Source of the DNA: Chrysemys picta bellii
Taxonomy: Eukaryota
Assembly (NCBI RefSeq): GCF_011386835.1
Contig: NC_088807.1
Span: 23,064,001-23,126,818, forward strand
Length of the DNA stretch: 62,818 nucleotides
Direction of reading: 5' to 3'
This document shows, piece by piece, positions 22,862 through 33,429 of this stretch (position 1 is the stretch's first letter; the number at the start of each line of letters is the position of its first letter). The position numbers and the translations under genes were made by a program. The notes under the pieces are model-generated. The model worked only from the letters and a program-made list of their open reading frames with translations. It was not told where the DNA came from and did not search any database.

Positions 22862-24982
22862 AGCTCGCAGAGGGCGCCTGGGGAAGCTGCTGATCGTGGG
22901 GGGCTGGGGGGAGCCTCCCCTCCCGGAGCCCGCCCCGCCCAAGGAGAGCCCGTTCCCATGGGTGGGGGCAGCACAGGACGGGAGGCACAGTCTCCCCCAT
23001 CACAGGATGCTCATGGCGAGACAGCTGAGCCCCCCCCCCCGGCAGGCTGGTGTGAGCCCCCCCGTCCCCCCCCCCCCTTTTTGCACTGAAATCGGCGGCA
23101 GGGCGACGGAATTGAAAGCGAATCGTTGGGAGAAGTGACTCTGGGAAGCACTAACCCCGCCCCCCCCCCCCGGCCCCCACTTCCCATGCCAGCCCCCCAC
23201 TGTGCTTCCAACCCCCCCCCCCCCCCCCCCCAGCCTGCCCCATCTCCCCCCTCTGCTCCCCTGGCAGCCAGGCATGGGAAGGGGGGCCCCTCCCCACACA
23301 GATTAGATTTTAAACCCCCCCCCCCGTCCCCCCAGGTTCCAGCATAAGCACAACACCAACTCTACCCCCCCCCCCCCCCCCATGTCGGGTCCAGGGCCTC
23401 AGCCAGGGGTGGGGCTGTACCCCCCCCAGAGCCCAGCTTAGTTGGGGGGGGAGGGGGGAGGGAGGCTGAGGGTGGACATGGTGGGCGGGACTAGGAGCTG
23501 TTGGGGGTGGAGCCAGGGAGTGTTGGGGGCGGGGTTGGGCATGGGGAGGTGGGGCCCATGGGGAGGTGGGGAGTGCAGTGGGTCGGGCTGGGGAGGTGCG
23601 GGGGGGGCACTACAAGGGAGGGGTGGAACTCAGGGCTGTGGGACAGATCCGTGTCCCTCCCTCCCAGAGCTGGTTCTGTGACCCTTTTAACCCCATGTTT
23701 TCCGCTCCCCCTTGTTATTTATTTCCCTGGCCTGGGGGGCTGGAGCTGCCCCGTCTCCCCCAAGCAGAGGTGTTGGGGGGCAGAGATGGGTCACGCCCCA
23801 GGAAACAGCACCGGCCGGTCAGAGTGGAGGAAGGAACAAGTGGTCTCCACCACCCCCCCCCCGGGTACTTTTCAAGTGGGGGAGGGGATGCGAACAGCCC
23901 ACAATGCACCTGCCCTTTTGGACACCTTCCCCCCCCGCCCCCCCAGTGGCCTCCCCTCCTAGATCCCACTGCTAACACCAGCACCGGCTCAGACCACAGC
24001 CCATCTGCGGGGGAGCAGGGCCGCCTGCCCCCCACCTCCACGGGGACCACAATGGTGCCTGGACCCCCAGCTGTCGTGTCGTCCCCCCCCCCCCCCCCTC
24101 CCGGCAGAAGGTCTAGGAGGGCCCCAGCCCAACCTCCGCTCTGATGGTCTCCCCCTCCATTTGCCCCTGCGGGGGAGTTAACTCTTTGTCCCCCCCTTCC
24201 CCACAATTGTGGGGGGGTATCTGGGTACCGAGGGGCAGCTCCCTCCCCCATGGTAGGGGCTCAGGTCCCTCAGCCTCCCCAAACCCACCCTGTAGCAGAT
24301 CTGGCGGGGGGCATACGGTACAGAGAGGGGGTCTCTTTCCCTCCCCACCTCGGGTTTCGGGGCCCTTCAGGAGTGGGGGAAGGTTTATGGGGACCTAGGA
24401 AGTTCCTTGCCCCCATAGCTCAGGCTGTAGCGCATGGGGGGCTAGGGGTCCTCCACCAATCAGCAGGTGTCAGCTGAGGGGCTGCCCCCCCCATCCCTCC
24501 CTCCACACTGATCTTCCCGGCCTCTCCAGAGAGGTTCTGCATTGCACTAGTTTTGGGGGGGATCCCAGGTGCTTGGGGGGGGGGGGGTGAGGCTGGAAGG
24601 GAGGCGTGGGGTCTGATTCCCTCCCCTTGCACAAAGAGACTTTGAAACAACACAACACCCCCCCCCCCCCCGCATGGCCCCTGGCTGGGAGGAGACGGGG
24701 CCAGACGCCGGGCCAGATGGGCCTGCGACGCACCTTTCTCCTTTTTAAAAGCACTGAATTCCCCCCCCCCGGCCCCCTCCCAAAGTCAGCAGTAGCCAAC
24801 AGTGATGTCCTGGTAGCCATCCCCCCTCCCCCGGCTACCCCTTTAGTGGCAATATTTAAAAGCTCTTAAACAGGAACCAAATCAAGTGGCCTTTTGGGGG
24901 TTGGCCCGGGGCCTCCCCGGCCGGCGACCATCCCCCCTGTTTCGTGGGTCCCCGGCTCGTCTCTTTTGTTATTCCAGATGAA

Positions 24983-24988
24983 AATAAA
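24983..24988 (+). terminator. Putative PPP6R1 polyadenylation signal AATAAA
   Basis: AATAAA ~2.1 kb after the stop and ~350 nt before the TMEM86B ATG; no transcript evidence available. Confidence 0.45.
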
Positions 24989-25333
24989 AAACAATGGTTA
25001 AAGCCTGAGCGTGCCGCGGCCTCCTTCCTGGGGGGCGGGGGGGGCAGCACGCCGTGCGGGGCCCAGCCCCAGGGATTGCACCCAGGAGCCCGGGCTCCCA
25101 GCCCCCCTGCGCCCCACTCCTCCCAGCAGCTGCCTCCCTGTTATCAGCTGGTGCTGGGTGGGGATGAGGCGGGAGAAATCGATTTTATGTCTCTCCCCCC
25201 CCCCCCCCCCCCCCCGCGCGCGCTGCCGGTCTTATCTCTGGCTCTGTTGAACCCACGGGAGATGAAAGTCCAGGCGGGTGCCTGGAGTTGGGAGCAGCAG
25301 CCAGGGTGCGTCCCGGAGCCCCGGCCCCACACC

Positions 25334-28300
25334 ATGGACATTCTCGAGACGGACGCCCGCTACCGCCGGAACATTGCGGCTGATGTAAGGAAGGGGAAAC
25401 TGAGGCACCAAAACGGGGACAAGTGGTGGTGGGGTGGAGACTCTGTGGCCTGGCTCCCAGTTCCCTTCCCCCAGCCCTGCTCTAAGTCACTAGGCCCTAC
25501 TCCTCTCCCAGAGCTGGGGAGAGAACCCAGGAGTCCTGGCTCCCAGCCCCGCCCCCCCTGCACTCAATCCCAGTGTCCTCCGTGTGTCATTGTGCTGCTA
25601 TTATGGTTCCTGGGACTGACTGAGCCGGTAAATCAAGGTGGGATTTCCCTGCAGCTGTTTCCATTTGCATCGTTTCCCGTAGCCCACCTGAGCTGGGTGG
25701 CAGGGCTGGGAAGGGAACCGGGGCTGGTAGCAGGATCAGCGTGGATAGCCCTGATCGCAGTGACGGCCTGGGTGACCTTGAAGGCACAATATCAGTAGGT
25801 TTCAGAGTTAACGCCCTGTTGGTGTGAATGGGGCAAGCTCATGGCAGAATTGAGGGACAATTAGGAGCAAAGTTAGCTGCCTCTTCCTGCCCAATCTCCT
25901 GGTGATTAAATAGTTAACAAGGGGCTAGGGTCAGCTGGTTTCAAAGTTAAAGCTGCTTCCTTGGCATCAATAGGAGCAGAACTTGCTCTTCCTGCTAAAC
26001 GGTGAAATAGTTGTTAAATTGTGCCATCGGTAGGTTTCAGAGTGAACGCCCACTAGGGTGAGTGGGCCTGGGCCCAGTGTTTACTCTGGGTGGGTGGATG
26101 TTTTAGGGCTGGTGTTGTGCCTGGGTTCAACTGGAAATTCCTGGGGAAAACCTAGCTCGGCTCTGAAACTGGAAAGTTGTGGTTGAAGCGATGCTGTCAC
26201 ACAGCGCCAGGAAAGAGGGGCTGGAGCAGGAATGGGGTCAGGGATAGAGCAGGATGTTGCTGTGATTGCTCTGGTAGCTGAATTACCAAGGACGATGTGT
26301 TACGTGAGAGCCGTAGGTTTCAGAGTTAACACTTCATTGAGGTGAATGGGGTGGGGGGGTCCACTTCCCAGCCTCACTGGGAGGAGGAGCCAGGAGATGA
26401 GATGAGTCGATTTAGCTGGGATAATAGTTAATAAGGCTGGTCTCATTTGGGTTATCAGTAGGTTCCAGAGTCCACGAAAGAGTCGTAAAAAGGGAGTTAA
26501 GTTCCCAATTCCAATCATTAGAAGGCCATAGACAGTAACTCCTCGCTTAACATGGTCGGTACGTTCCTGAGAAATGTGACTTTATGCCAAACGATGTTAA
26601 GTGAATCCAATTTCCCCAGAAAAATTAACATCAAGAGGGGGGTTCGGTTCCAGGGAAATTTATTGCGCCGGACAAAAGCCGCAATAGATGGCTTATTAAC
26701 TATTATCCCAGCTAAATCGACTCATCTCATAGATGGAGACAGTCTAAGTTTTAAACAATTGAAGACTGGACCCAGTGCCGAACGATTGTGAAGCCTGGGA
26801 GAGGTGGGGGTGTCAGAGGGTGGGTATTTCCCGGGGGATGCCTTGCTGCCAAAGGATGAACTAGCCCTCGGCTGAGCCCTCAAGGATTAACACACTTGTT
26901 AATGTCGCCTCACACTCTACAAAGGCAGTGGGGGTGGGGGGGGAACACAATAGAGGCTGGGGGGCAGTGACTGCAACCCCTGACCCAGATGATGGGCCCC
27001 TGCCGGAGCCGACGACTCCCTCCTCCTGTCCTGACAGTGCCTGCCCGGCCGCACAACCGCTGACTTTCCAAAGTGCTGGGGGGAGAGAGACGTGCGTCGC
27101 CCCTTTAAGTACGCTTCCCCCCCCACTTCAAGTACGTTGCCCTTTTAAGCAGATCAGACAAGAAGCAACAGCTCCCAGCAAGCTCCCCCTGCCCCCGCCC
27201 TTCTGTCCCCGAGCCCTGTCCCCTCCTTCGCCTTGTGGAGACGGGGTACGGAGCGGGGGTGGGCAGGAGCGGGGGGACATCCTGACATCTGCACCCCTCT
27301 CCCCCCTGCACAGCAAGCAGGGGCTCCCGGGCACGGGCAGTGGGGGGAGGGCCCCCTGAACTGGTGTTGGGCACCTGCCGAGCCGCATCCCTTGCAGGGA
27401 ATTTAGGGGAGCTGATGGGGGGGCCCTGCTTCTAATCCCCACGAGGCTTCTCCCAGCGCCTCCCACAAGCCGTGCACAAAGCAGGCGGCTGCCAAACGAC
27501 CTCCTAAGGGAGCATTGCGCAAGTTTAAAGGCGCTTGCTCCCTAATCAGCAACGTACCGACGTTAACGGGGACAGTGTTAGGTGAGGCGTCACTCTGCAC
27601 TGGGTCATCGATAGGTGAGCCAGGGATCCGCGTTGATTGTATTCAGTCGCCTGTCAGTAGTTTTCAGTGTTAACACCGTGAAGTAACCAATGGGTTACTT
27701 TGGTTGTTGGTTACGACAGGATTGTTGGTTATGACGGATTATCGTTAGGTTGCGGAGTTAACATAGCAAAATAACTGCCCAGACCCAATTTATAAGAATC
27801 GATATGTCTGTTTCCCAACCCTGGTGTGTCTGTAGGTTTCAGAGTGAACACGGTGAAATAGCCAGACTGTACATCACTATGGACTCATGGTGTCACAGTT
27901 AATACGATGACCGTGCTTACAGAGTAGGCCATCAGTAGGTTTAAGAGTTAACAGGTGTGACGATTAGCTTTGAAGCATGGGTACTCCTCAGAGTTGACCC
28001 CAGTGGGAAATGACATGTGATTCCTGTCTGAGTCACATGGCATTGTTCCCTGCTCCCTGATTGGACCGAGGGATAGTCCCCATGCCGGGCGCGCTGTGCT
28101 CTCCCTAGTGTAGACGGGCCCCAGCCGTGTCGATTTCCACCCCCCTCTGCAGGCCAAGAGCCGCCGCCTCAAGCTGCTGCCGTTCCTGGCCGCCTGCGGC
28201 CTGTACTTCACCCTGTGGCTGCCTGAGCCCAGCTGGGTCAGCGCCGGCGTCAAGAGCCTCCCGGTCCTGAGCCTGGTCTTCTTCCTGACGGCCCAGGCCT

Positions 28301-29245
28301 GGGGTGACGGCGCCTGGACCCCGGCCGCCCGCCGGGTCTGCTGGGGCCTGATGTTCTCCAGCCTGGGAGACGCCTGCCTGGTCTGGCCTCAACTATTCCT
28401 CCTAGGTACGGAGTCAGGAGTGAGGGGCACCGGCAGGGCTGGGGGGAGCCCAGGGCTGGGCGAGCAGGGGGCTGTGGGTCGGGAGTGAGGGGCACCGGCA
28501 GGGATGGGGGGCAGGGCCGGGCTAGCAGGGAGCTGCGGGTCGGGAGTGAGGGGCACCAGCAGGCCTGGGGGGAGCCAAGGGCTGGGCTAGCAGGGGGCTG
28601 CAGGTCGGGAGTGAGGAGCACAGGTGGGGGAGGGGAGGAGGGAGCCCAGGGAGGGGGCTGCGGGTCGGGAGTGAGGGGCACAGGTCGGGGGGGGCGAGGG
28701 GAGGAGGGAGCCCAGGGCTGGGCTAGCAGGGGGCTGCGGGTCGGGAGTGAGGGGCCCCGGCAGGCCTGGGTGGGGCAGGGCTGGGCTAGCAGGGGGCTGC
28801 GGGTCGGGAGTGAGGGGCACGGCTCACTGACGCCCTCCCCTCCCCCACAGGCATGGTGGCCTTCGCTCTGGCTCACGTCTGCTACATCTGGGCCCTGGGC
28901 CTGCGTCCCGTCCGCCCCTGGGTCCTGCTGCTGCTGGCGCTGGCCTGGGCGGGGGCCTACGCGATGCTGTGGCCCTGCCTGGGGGGCCCCTACGTGCCGG
29001 CCGTGGGGGGCTACGGGGCGCTGCTGGCGGCCGTGGCCTGGCGGGCCCTGGCCTGGGCTCCGTCCCACCTGACCATGGCCACCGGCTCCCTGCTCTTCAT
29101 GGCCTCCGACCTGGTCCTGGCCAGGGACCACTTCTGCGCCCCGGTGCCCCAGGCCCGGCTCATCGTCATGGGCACCTACTACGCGGCCCAGGGGCTGATC
29201 GCAGCCTGGGCCCCCCGCGCCAGCCCCCGCTGGAAGGAAAGCTGA
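25334..29245 (+). CDS. TMEM86B: Lysoplasmalogenase (YhhN family), copy A, 3 exons, 232 aa
   Basis: Exons 25334-25384 (MDILETDARYRRNIAAD), 28153-28405, 28851-29245; GT-AG, phases 0 and 1. Multi-TM protein with LGDACL, FALAHVCY, ASDLVLA and TYYAAQ motifs; located directly downstream of PPP6R1. Confidence 0.9.
25794..27952 (+). repeat. Dispersed/decayed repeat motif AGTAGGTTTCAGAGTTAAC in TMEM86B copy A intron 1
   Basis: Variants at ~25794, 25934, 26029, 26312, 26457, 27656, 27744, 27831 and 27934, often with ggtgaaatagttaa nearby. Confidence 0.75.
26397..26730. repeat. Perfect 39-bp inverted repeat (arms 26397-26435 and 26692-26730, 256-bp spacer)
   Basis: atgagatgagtcgatttagctgggataatagttaataag is the exact reverse complement of cttattaactattatcccagctaaatcgactcatctcat. 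Confidence 0.9.
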
Positions 29246-29257
29246 GCCGGGCGCCCG

Positions 29258-29511
29258 CGACCTCTGACCCCAGGGGGCAGCCGGCAGGTGCACCTGTGAC
29301 CTCTGACCCCATCAGCGTCAACCTGCCAATGACCCTGGTGACCTCTGACCCCATCAGCACCAACCTACTGCTGCCCCTGTTGACCTCTGACCCCTGGGCC
29401 AACGAGAACCAACCACCCTGGGAGCTGGTTCCTTGACCTACGACCCCATGACCTAGGTGCGCCAACCTGCCCAACCAATGACCTGGAAGTAATTGTCTTG
29501 ACCTTTGACCC
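29258..29511. promoter_or_regulatory. Cluster of DR1-type nuclear receptor motifs after the TMEM86B copy A stop
   Basis: TGACCTcTGACCC at 29297, 29339 and 29381; TGACCTtTGACCC at 29499 (reverse complement GGGTCAAAGGTCA). Confidence 0.5.
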
Positions 29512-29948
29512 TGCTCGTTTGCCAGCAGGCCCAATTACAGCTTATTTGATGACATGTGTTGTCTGGTGTGGGCGGGGGGGCTGGGAGATTGGAGAGACAA
29601 GGGGGGGGGGAAGCTTTTATTGGCCCAACGTGTCCCCAGCTGTTGATTGGGATGTTGAGTCCTGTGACCTGCCCTTCCTCTACAGACCCAAAGCCGGACC
29701 CCATCCCCCCAGAGCTGGGGAGAGAACCCAGGAGTCCTGGCTCCCAGCCCCCCCCCCGCTCTAACCACCAGACCCCACTCCCCTTCCAGAGCCAGGGAGA
29801 GAACCCAGGAGTCCTGGCTCCCAGCCCCCCCCCGCTCCCCAACCACTAGACCCCACTCCCCTCTCAGAGCCGGGGAGAGAACCCAGGTGTCCTGGCTCCC
29901 AGCCCTCTCATGAATGATGGTTGAAGCCTTTGGCAAACCTTGTGTGAT

Positions 29949-29965
29949 GGCGCCCTCTAGTGGCC
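29949..29965 (-). promoter_or_regulatory. Single near-consensus CTCF motif
   Basis: Plus strand ggcgccctctagtggcc = minus strand GGCCACTAGAGGGCGCC, compared with consensus TGGCCACCAGGGGGCGCTA. Confidence 0.55.
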
Positions 29966-32900
29966 GGTTGCAGCAGCCTGGCGGCTCAGGGAGCTGGAGG
30001 TGGGTGGTTGGGGGGTGACAGGTTTGAGGCCTGAAGGGGGTGTGATTCTGGGGCGCCAGGCGTGATTAGGGGCCGGACGTGCCGGCTGCTTCTGGGAGCT
30101 GCGCGGAGCCCAGGCAAGTGGGGAGCCTCAAACACCCTCCCAGAGCCTGCCCAGAGCCTGCACCCCACCTGCCCACCCGCCCCCGGAGCCCCTCATTTCT
30201 GGCCGCACCTGGGAGCCTGCATCCCCAGCTGGAGCCCTCACTCCCCCCACCCCCCGCATCCCTGCCCCAGCCCACTGACAGTGAGTTGGGGGGGGGAGCG
30301 AGCAATGGAGGGAGGCGGGATGGAGTGAGTGGGGCGGGGCCTCAGAGAAGAGACCAGGAATGGGCGGGGCCTCAGAGAAGGGGTGGGACTAGGGTGTTGG
30401 GTTTTGTGCCAATAGAAAGTTGGCAACCTTTCAAACCCCGCCCCGTGTGCCCCTCCCCTGTCATGGGGCCACATTGGCTCTGAGCCTCACCCCCCCCCTT
30501 CATCCCCTGTCCATGCACCCCTCCCCCCCCACAGGACCTAGAGCCGGCCCCCCTCCCACTCATTCCCCAGGGGAAACTCGGAAACCACAATGCCCCCCCA
30601 CCAGATCCCGCAACCCTGGAATTACTGTGTGCTTCATCCTCACCTCGGGGGGGGGGGTCATTACATCAGTACTGGAGCTTATTGAAAGCTCTTTCTGGGG
30701 GGGCACTGGAGGTTTAGCTCCGTCAAGTCAGTATCTCCCCTTCACCCCATATTCTTCCCTCCCTCAACGTCTTAAAGAGGATCCGATCTACTCGCTGCCT
30801 CGCTGGGCCGTGCGCCCTTGTCTCTGCCCGGCCCAGAGATCTCTGCGGCAAGAAGCGCGGCCCCAGATCTCGGGAGATTCGGTGCCGGTGAGGCCCGGCT
30901 GGCTGCTGGCGCTTTGGGCAGCGGCAGGGGCCAGAACGAACTTGCCACCGACGTGAAAATGCAGCCGGCAAAAGGCCCCGTTTTGCTTCCGCGGCCCGGA
31001 GCGGAGCCAGGGAAGCGTCGCGGGTCCCTGTGGCTGAACTGCAGGTGCGGTGGGTTGTGCCGAGCGATAGCCCGGCTGGTCTCTGGCGGAGGGGTGTTAG
31101 GACGGCTTTTCCCTCTCCTTCTCGACGGCCTCTGCGGCTCGGGGCGGTGGTCGGGATCCGGGTAATGGGACGGTTGGCAGTAGGCTCAGCGACTCCTTGA
31201 GGCTTCCCGACATCCCCTGACAGATATGAAAATAAATATTGAAGCAAATCTTCAACCTCCGTTTTCCTCCGAACGTGTGATCATGGCGAAGCCTGAAAGA
31301 GGGGTAGGAAACCTGCCATGGCTGGATTAAAGTAACACCAAATACGTTTCTGTTCGGGGAAAGGGGGAGGGAAAACGGCCTGTGTTAATTGTCGAGGACA
31401 AAAAGTCTGTTCTGAAGTGATAAGATTCCTAGGCAGGACAGCGGCCGTTGCGACTGTTTTCCCGAAGGCAGGAATGAGATCAGGTTACCCCCACGCCTGT
31501 GTTTTTATCTTGCTTGTTTCCTTTTCCCATGTAACAAGTGATATGACTGGGTCTGGGGGAGCCAGTCGTGCCCCAGGGGCTTTAGAAGGGTTATGGGAAA
31601 GGATGAAGTAGATGTCAGAGACCGGGGGGGGGGGGGGGGCGACCTGAGCCTGAGAAGGAGCCAGAATTTACCAAAGAGCCCCAGTAATACGTCAGCAGCC
31701 CCCCTATCAGCTCCCCCCCGGCTCCCAGCACCTCCTGCCCACCGGCAGCCCCGCTGATCAACACCTCCCCGCACCTCCCCATCAGCTGTTTCGTGGTGTG
31801 CAGGCGGCTCTGGCCGCCAAGAGTGGGTTCGGACTCCGCTGAAAATTTTTTTCTGGCCCCCCAGTAAGGGCAGATCGGCTAAACAGCCAGGGAAACCGGG
31901 CCCCCTTCCGGACCGCCAGGCCCCGGTAATTTGTACCGGCTCCCCCTTCGGCCCTGGCTCTGGGCAGGGAGCAAGGGCATGGCAGGCTCAGGGGAGGAGG
32001 TGGGAAGGGGTGGAGAGGGGGCAGGGCCCGTGGCAGAGCTGGGGGGTTGAGCAGTGAGCCCAACCCCTGCCCCTGGGACGTTGGAAAGTTGGCGCCCGTC
32101 GCTCCAGCCCCGGAGTCGGTGCCTAGACAAGGAGCCGCCTATTAACCTCTGAAGAGCCCCAGGTTGGCCACCCCTGGGATAGAAAATAGGTGAAGTGAAA
32201 TGGAGTGTGATTGTGGTTGTATGTTTGGATGGGTAATAAAAGATTGAGGTGCCAGAGGACACCCCAGCCCTTTCCCCACGGCCCCTGTCCCTCTTCCGCG
32301 CAGGGTCCCCCCATCCTTCCCCCCTGCTACCCCACAACCCGTTTGCCCCTTTCTGCCTCCCCAAGACCGGAGCAGCTCTGTCCCCCTGCCACGGCTCTGG
32401 GGCGCAGCGGGCAGCGAGAGCCCCCCCAGCCCTGAGCCCGCTGCAGGGAGCGAAAGCGCCCCCAGCCCCAGCTCGCAGAGAAACGTCTAACACCCTGCAG
32501 AGGCTGGAAGCTGAAACTGGACAAAATCACGCTGGAAATAAGGCAAATTTTTTGCCCAGGGAGGGTCGTGAACCGTTGGGACAAGCTCGCACGGGTCACG
32601 GTGGGTTCTCCAGCCATGGCCACTTTCAGCTGCGGATGGGCTGTTTTTCTTGAAGATCTGCTCCGGTTCAACCAGGGATTCGGTCAGGGCCGTCCCCGGC
32701 CTGGCTTATCCAGGAGACCGGACCCGAGCACACTGGTCGGTCCCCGCTGGCCGGGGAATCTAGGAAAAAGTCCGAATCATGAACCATAAACCAGCGAACA
32801 CCAAACCCTCCTGCTGCAGAGCCCAAGGACCGCCCCTGGGGACAGGGGATCTCGAGGTGTCGTGGATCCGGCTCTGAAGCGGCTGGTACCGGCCGGTGCC

Positions 32901-33429
32901 TGAGAGAGGGTCCTGGGGGGCGCGGGTGAGTGGTCTTAGCTGCTCTGCCAAGTCCTAGGTTCCTAGTTTTGGCATCAAAAGTTCACAGGAGAAGCGAGGA
33001 AACGGTCGCGTGGGGTGTTACCACCAGCCCAGGCAAGGACCTTTGCAACCAGACGCTGCCCCTTAGTTGCTGGACTGACTGTGACCTGCCCGGCGGGGGC
33101 CCTGGCCTGGCACGGTCCCCGGGCCTGGTGGCCATTACCAGCTCCCACTGCTCAGCCAGGGCCCTGCAAGACAGAGGAGGGGACACCGCGCGGTTCCCGT
33201 CCCCCCCGGCCGCAGCAGCATGGGCAGGAGGGGAAGACGAGGGCAGCAAACAGGCTGGGGGCAAACCCGGCCCAGAGTGGATTTGGGACAGCGGGTCTAT
33301 TTCTTTCCCTGCCGGGTCTTCCTCTGGGGGCGCAGCACGGGCTGTGCGGCACAGACAGGGATCGGGCGTCTGCCCCCCCCCTCACCGTGGATTTCCTCTG
33401 GGACCCCTGGGCCCGTTGGATCATCTGCC

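Noticed and set aside
28105-29293. Minus-strand ORFs (95 and 347 aa) over TMEM86B, and the equivalents over copy B
   Set aside because: Antisense shadows of GC-rich coding exons plus intronic repeats.
30770-33050. CpG-containing unique sequence between the TMEM86B copies as a coding gene or ncRNA
   Set aside because: No recognisable domain, consistent exon chain or RNA family signature.
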